A DNA stretch of 64,000 nucleotides from Hydrurus foetidus (lineage: Eukaryota). Positions 60,471 through 64,000 of this stretch are shown here, in pieces (position 1 is the stretch's first letter; each line of letters begins with the position of its first letter). The DNA lies in NCBI GenBank assembly GCA_900617105.1, contig UYFQ01000001.1:4154001-4218000 (forward strand). Reading direction: 5' to 3'. The translations under genes were made by a program, and so were the position numbers. The notes under the pieces were generated by a model that saw only the letters and a program-made list of their open reading frames with translations, was not told the origin of the DNA and did no database searches.

Positions 60471-61118
60471 ATGGCTGAAATCGTTTATGTCCTAACCAAT
60501 GAGTTCATGCCGGGCCTGGTGAAAATCGGCATGACGCAGCGCGAGTCGGTACAAGCGCGGATTGATGAACTCAGCAGACACTCGGGTGTGCCAGTCGCGT
60601 TTACATGCCACTATGCCGCCGCGTTACCCGACGGAACAATAGCTACCGAAGTTGAAAAGATTCTCCATCAGCTCTTTGGTGAGCATCGTGTTAACCAACG
60701 AAAAGAGTTTTTCAAGATGCCAGCTGAGAAGGTGGTTTTGGCCTTAAAACTTGCACGTGCGAAAGAAGTAACGCTGGGTTTACAGCCCTCTGTAGATAAG
60801 GATGAAGCTTTGGCTGTCGAAAAAGCACTGAGCCGCCGCCGCCGCTTGAATATGCAGGCTATTGGCGTGCCGATAGGAGCAGAGCTGCGTTTTAGCCGGG
60901 ACTCAGACCTTACAGCTATTGTTCAGCCCAACAATCAAATTTTGTTCGAGGGTGAGTTAACCAGCCTTTCTGCATCTGCGGTCAAGATATTTCAGCAACA
61001 AGGCAGTCAAACAACCAGCGTTCCAGGAACAGAGTACTGGATGTATGAAGGTGAAACGCTTGATGAGCGCAGGCAGCGTATTGAGACTGAGCAATTTGAA
61101 AATGCGTCGCCGCTTTGA
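60471..61118 (+). CDS. GIY-YIG (T5orf172-like) nuclease with RAMA-like C-terminal domain
   Basis: IVYVLTNEFMPGLVKIGMT..RIDEL..GVP..EKILH..RV..KEFF; C-terminal IGAEL.F...FEG..TSLSASA...GTEYWMYEGETL. Confidence 0.82.
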   Translation: MAEIVYVLTNEFMPGLVKIGMTQRESVQARIDELSRHSGVPVAFTCHYAAALPDGTIATEVEKILHQLFGEHRVNQRKEFFKMPAEKVVLALKLARAKEVTLGLQPSVDKDEALAVEKALSRRRRLNMQAIGVPIGAELRFSRDSDLTAIVQPNNQILFEGELTSLSASAVKIFQQQGSQTTSVPGTEYWMYEGETLDERRQRIETEQFENASPL

Positions 61119-61130
61119 CAAACGTGTTGA

Positions 61131-61372
61131 TAGTTAGAAGCGAACGGAGTAACCCCATGAAAAACGCGATGGAAATTGATGGCTACAAAGCCTTGATAGC
61201 GTTTGTCCCTGATACCAACCAGTTCAGGGGCGAGTTTGTTGATCTGAATGGCGTGGCAGACTTCTGCGCGGCTGATGTCCAATCTCTCAAACGTGAAGGC
61301 AAGGTATCGCTCAAGGTCTTTCTTGATATGTGTCGTGAAGATGGTGTTGACCCGAAAGCGGCGCGTGCTTAA
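61131..61372 (+). pseudogene. hicB: Decayed hicAB: last codons of hicA plus C-truncated hicB
   Basis: TAG-LEANGVTP-TGA overlapping ATG 61157; HicB-like GYKALIAF...FRGEFVDLNGVADF...SLKVFLDMC; no C-terminal DNA-binding domain. Confidence 0.7.
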
Positions 61373-61413
61373 AACAGCTAAAACGCCTTTTTAGGAGAAA
61401 AAAAGTGCCCGTA

Positions 61414-61454
61414 GCCCAATAAAAACGGGCGCAAGCAGCTCCTGAATAAATAGC
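61414..61454 (+). repeat. 41-bp double-dyad repeat copy (intergenic)
   Basis: gccc-aataaaaac-gggc-gcaagca-GCT-cctgaataaat-AGC. Confidence 0.85.
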
Positions 61455-61483
61455 AAAAAATGCGTTTAAAAGCTTGTATCCGC

Positions 61484-62125
61484 TCAAACCAGGTTCAACC
61501 AAATCTCATTGCGCCGCAAAAACGGCAATGAAAACGGGCTGTTGTAGCGGGACGATACCGGCTCGCCTGCTGTCGCCATACCGGCTGCGCTGAGGGCGCT
61601 GCGCAGCTTTTGCAATTGCTCTTCATACGTGCTTTGCGACCAGCTGCCTGAAAACTGAATCACCGCCAGCCGACTGCCGGGCACTTCGCGCAGTTTGACC
61701 CGCGCATCCAGCGGCTCGGGCAGGGTGGCCAGCGTGTAGCCTTTGGGCATAACGAACTGCACCAAAAACCCGCCAGGCGCAGCAGTTTGCGTAACGGGTG
61801 CGGTCATTTCCAGCTTCACAGGCGGTGCAGCTTGCTGTGTAACCGGTGCTGTCATCTCAAGCTTACGTTCACCCTTGTTTTTGCCAAAAATATAGCCGCC
61901 CAGCAAGCTGAAACCCTGGCTGCCTGCCTCGCTAGCCGGGCCGGGCACGATGACCTCTGCCACAAAGTAAGGCGCGTACTGCCGCACTTCAAACACGTCA
62001 GTTTTTTGTACCACCGTGTAGGTGGGCTCTTCAATGGCTTGGGCGGGGTTGGGCATGGCGGCTAGGCAAGTAATGAGCAATAAGTAGCGGTAGAGACCCG
62101 TTAAGTTCAGCTGTTGGATGTTCAT
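61484..62125 (-). CDS. SOUL-family heme-binding protein
   Basis: Signal peptide, EEPTYTVV..FEVRQY, GYIFGKN, MTAPV x2, YNSPF..LRRNEI. Confidence 0.92.
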   Translation of the reverse strand: MNIQQLNLTGLYRYLLLITCLAAMPNPAQAIEEPTYTVVQKTDVFEVRQYAPYFVAEVIVPGPASEAGSQGFSLLGGYIFGKNKGERKLEMTAPVTQQAAPPVKLEMTAPVTQTAAPGGFLVQFVMPKGYTLATLPEPLDARVKLREVPGSRLAVIQFSGSWSQSTYEEQLQKLRSALSAAGMATAGEPVSSRYNSPFSLPFLRRNEIWLNLV

Positions 62126-62249
62126 GGTTTTCACTCTATCAATAAGTGGCGGCTGTGTCATTATTTACTCGGTTTTTCTGCTTGGCTGTAAGGTAATGCC
62201 CAAAAACCCTGACATGTGACTTATCACCATTTTTATTACAAAGACAACC

Positions 62250-62750
62250 ATGACAACCTCACGAACACTCCTTGCCTCTATCGCCTTGGCTGCCAGCTTT
62301 GTTGCCGCCACCGCTTTTGCGCAAACCGCGCCTGGGCCCGCGCCTTATGGCGCGCCGATTACCATCGAGCAAGCTAAAAAAGCCATGGTGGCCGCTGAGG
62401 CTGAAGCGCGAAAAAACAATTGGGCGGTGGTGATCGCTATTGTTGACAATGGCGGACATTTGGTAGCGCTGCAGCGCCTGGATGCTCAAACCGCCAGCAT
62501 CGACATCGCCACCGGCAAGGCCACCACGGCGGCGGCGTTTCGCCGCCCAAGCAAGTCGCTTGAAGACGGCCTGGCCGCAGGCGGCGCTGGGCTGCGAATT
62601 TTGAGCGTGAAGGGCGCAACCGCTTTGCAAGGCGGCGTGCCGATCGTGCTGGACGGAAAAATCATTGGCGCAATTGGCGTGTCTGGCGTACTGGCGGCGC
62701 AAGACGAAGTAGTGGCCATGGCCGGTGCGGCAGCGGTGGCTGCCAAGTAA
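62250..62750 (+). CDS. GlcG/HbpS-family heme-binding protein, exported
   Basis: Signal peptide, IAIVDNGGHL, IATGKATTA, GGVPI..IGAIGVSG. Confidence 0.9.
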   Translation: MTTSRTLLASIALAASFVAATAFAQTAPGPAPYGAPITIEQAKKAMVAAEAEARKNNWAVVIAIVDNGGHLVALQRLDAQTASIDIATGKATTAAAFRRPSKSLEDGLAAGGAGLRILSVKGATALQGGVPIVLDGKIIGAIGVSGVLAAQDEVVAMAGAAAVAAK

Positions 62751-62811
62751 GCGCTGCGTCTTAATGTCAGCTTTACTTTCAAGGCTGCAGGGCGCGGAGC
62801 TGCTTTAAATT

Positions 62812-62852
62812 GCTATACAGTTAATAGCTGCTCGCGCCCGTATTTATTGGGA
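62812..62852 (-). repeat. 41-bp double-dyad repeat copy (intergenic)
   Basis: GCT-atacagttaat-AGC-tgctcgc-gccc-gtatttatt-ggga. Confidence 0.85.
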
Positions 62853-62883
62853 TAAACCCCGTTTTAAATCTTGAGAACGGGCT

Positions 62884-64000
62884 TCAAGAGCCTTTTAGAA
62901 TACTTTCGATCTGCCGATAACCCAGGCGCTTGGCCGTTTGCGCAGCGGTTTGGCCGCTGGCATCTTTCAGTTCGGTATTGGCACCAGCATTGACCAGGCG
63001 CTGAACCGCCTCGACATGGCCACCTGCTGTTGCCAGCATGAGCGCCGTGCGGCCTGCGCTGTCGGTGCTGTTGAGCTGCGCGGCGCTAACAACTTGCAAG
63101 GCTTGCGCAAGCGCCCCTGACTGGCCGGTGCGAGCGGCTTCGCGCAGCGCGGCGCCTGCGTCAAGCGGCGGTGCCGCGGGGGCTGCTGCGGGCGTGGGTG
63201 CGGGTACGGCTGGCGCAGAGATTGGAGCCGGGGTTGCCGCTGCCGGGCGGCTCCGCATGGCGGCGGGGGCTTCGGCCGAGCTGGAATCGCTGCGTGCGCT
63301 GGCTTGCCCGCTGCGCTCGGCGTCAAGGCTGGGCGCTGCTTTGCTTTGCGGTGCGGCAAGGCGGCCTGAAGCGGCACGATCGGCTGTCATGTTTTCTGAG
63401 CCACTGGCCAAACCGGCAGCGCCGGGCTTTGCAGGCGCTGGCTCAACCTTATCGGCAGATGCAGTGCTTTTGGCAGCCGTGCTTGCTGGTTCAGGCGCTG
63501 GGGCCGGGGCCGGGGCCGGGGCTGGCGCAGCAGGCTGCGCAATCGATGCGTCTGGCGGCGTGGCTCGCTTGGCTGCGGGCTCGCTTTTGGTCGGCGCAAC
63601 TTGCGATGGTGCAGGCAACGCGCGCGCCGGTAATGTGAGTGCAGGAAATGCGGGTGCAGGCAGTGCAGATGCAGGCAATGCGGCTGCGGGCTGTGGCGGT
63701 ACCTCAGCCGTTGCTTGGGGTGGCAACGCTTGTGCAGGTACGGGCGCAGGTGCGGAAGGCACGGTAGCCGAGGCCGATTCGCTGCGCGCCGTCACAGACG
63801 GCGTACCCAGCACGACTTGTTTGTCAGCAGGCTCGCCTCGGTCAAATTGCAAAGCCAGTAGCGCGCTAATGCTGGCAATCGCCAGGCTGGCCACCAACGG
63901 CGTGTTCCAGCGCGATCGATTGGCAGCCACTTGAGGCAACTGAATCGTCACCTCATTTGCCGTACCAGCAGCCACTGCTTGGGCATGGGCAAGCGCGGCG
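62884..64000 (-). CDS. Membrane-anchored Pro/Ala-rich protein with C-terminal ankyrin repeats; 5' end outside the window
   Basis: Frame open to the window edge; TM after AANRSRW; GRTALMLATAGGHVEAVQRLVNAGAN. Confidence 0.85.
   Translation of the reverse strand, partial: AALAHAQAVAAGTANEVTIQLPQVAANRSRWNTPLVASLAIASISALLALQFDRGEPADKQVVLGTPSVTARSESASATVPSAPAPVPAQALPPQATAEVPPQPAAALPASALPAPAFPALTLPARALPAPSQVAPTKSEPAAKRATPPDASIAQPAAPAPAPAPAPAPEPASTAAKSTASADKVEPAPAKPGAAGLASGSENMTADRAASGRLAAPQSKAAPSLDAERSGQASARSDSSSAEAPAAMRSRPAAATPAPISAPAVPAPTPAAAPAAPPLDAGAALREAARTGQSGALAQALQVVSAAQLNSTDSAGRTALMLATAGGHVEAVQRLVNAGANTELKDASGQTAAQTAKRLGYRQIESILKGS

Overview
64-kb chromosomal window from a betaproteobacterium; gene content and order suggest Comamonadaceae (Polaromonas/Rhodoferax-like), which is an inference. 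It is mostly housekeeping: gcvTHP with a tandem glycine riboswitch, a TRAP transporter, ETF-QO, katG, nth, ybgC-tolQRA, ribD/ribE/ribB(X)/ribH/nusB, a type IV minor-pilin cassette (pilVWXY1E-fimT), nrdR, glyA with a ZTP riboswitch, and DUF748 and DUF349 proteins. Accessory content comprises four intact toxin-antitoxin pairs, a decayed hicAB, and a small defence-like island (AbrB-CcdA/CcdB, an MmeI-like restriction-modification enzyme, a GIY-YIG/RAMA-like nuclease). The most striking unexplained signal is a 41-bp double-dyad motif (GCCC-N9-GGGC-N7-GCT-N11-AGC) found 18 times with no indels, in both orientations; 7 copies lie inside intact genes, read in three different frame/strand combinations. 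Several other strand-specific palindromic elements occur, four of them inserted in-frame in the MmeI-like gene. All calls are from reading the sequence by eye; no searches were run.
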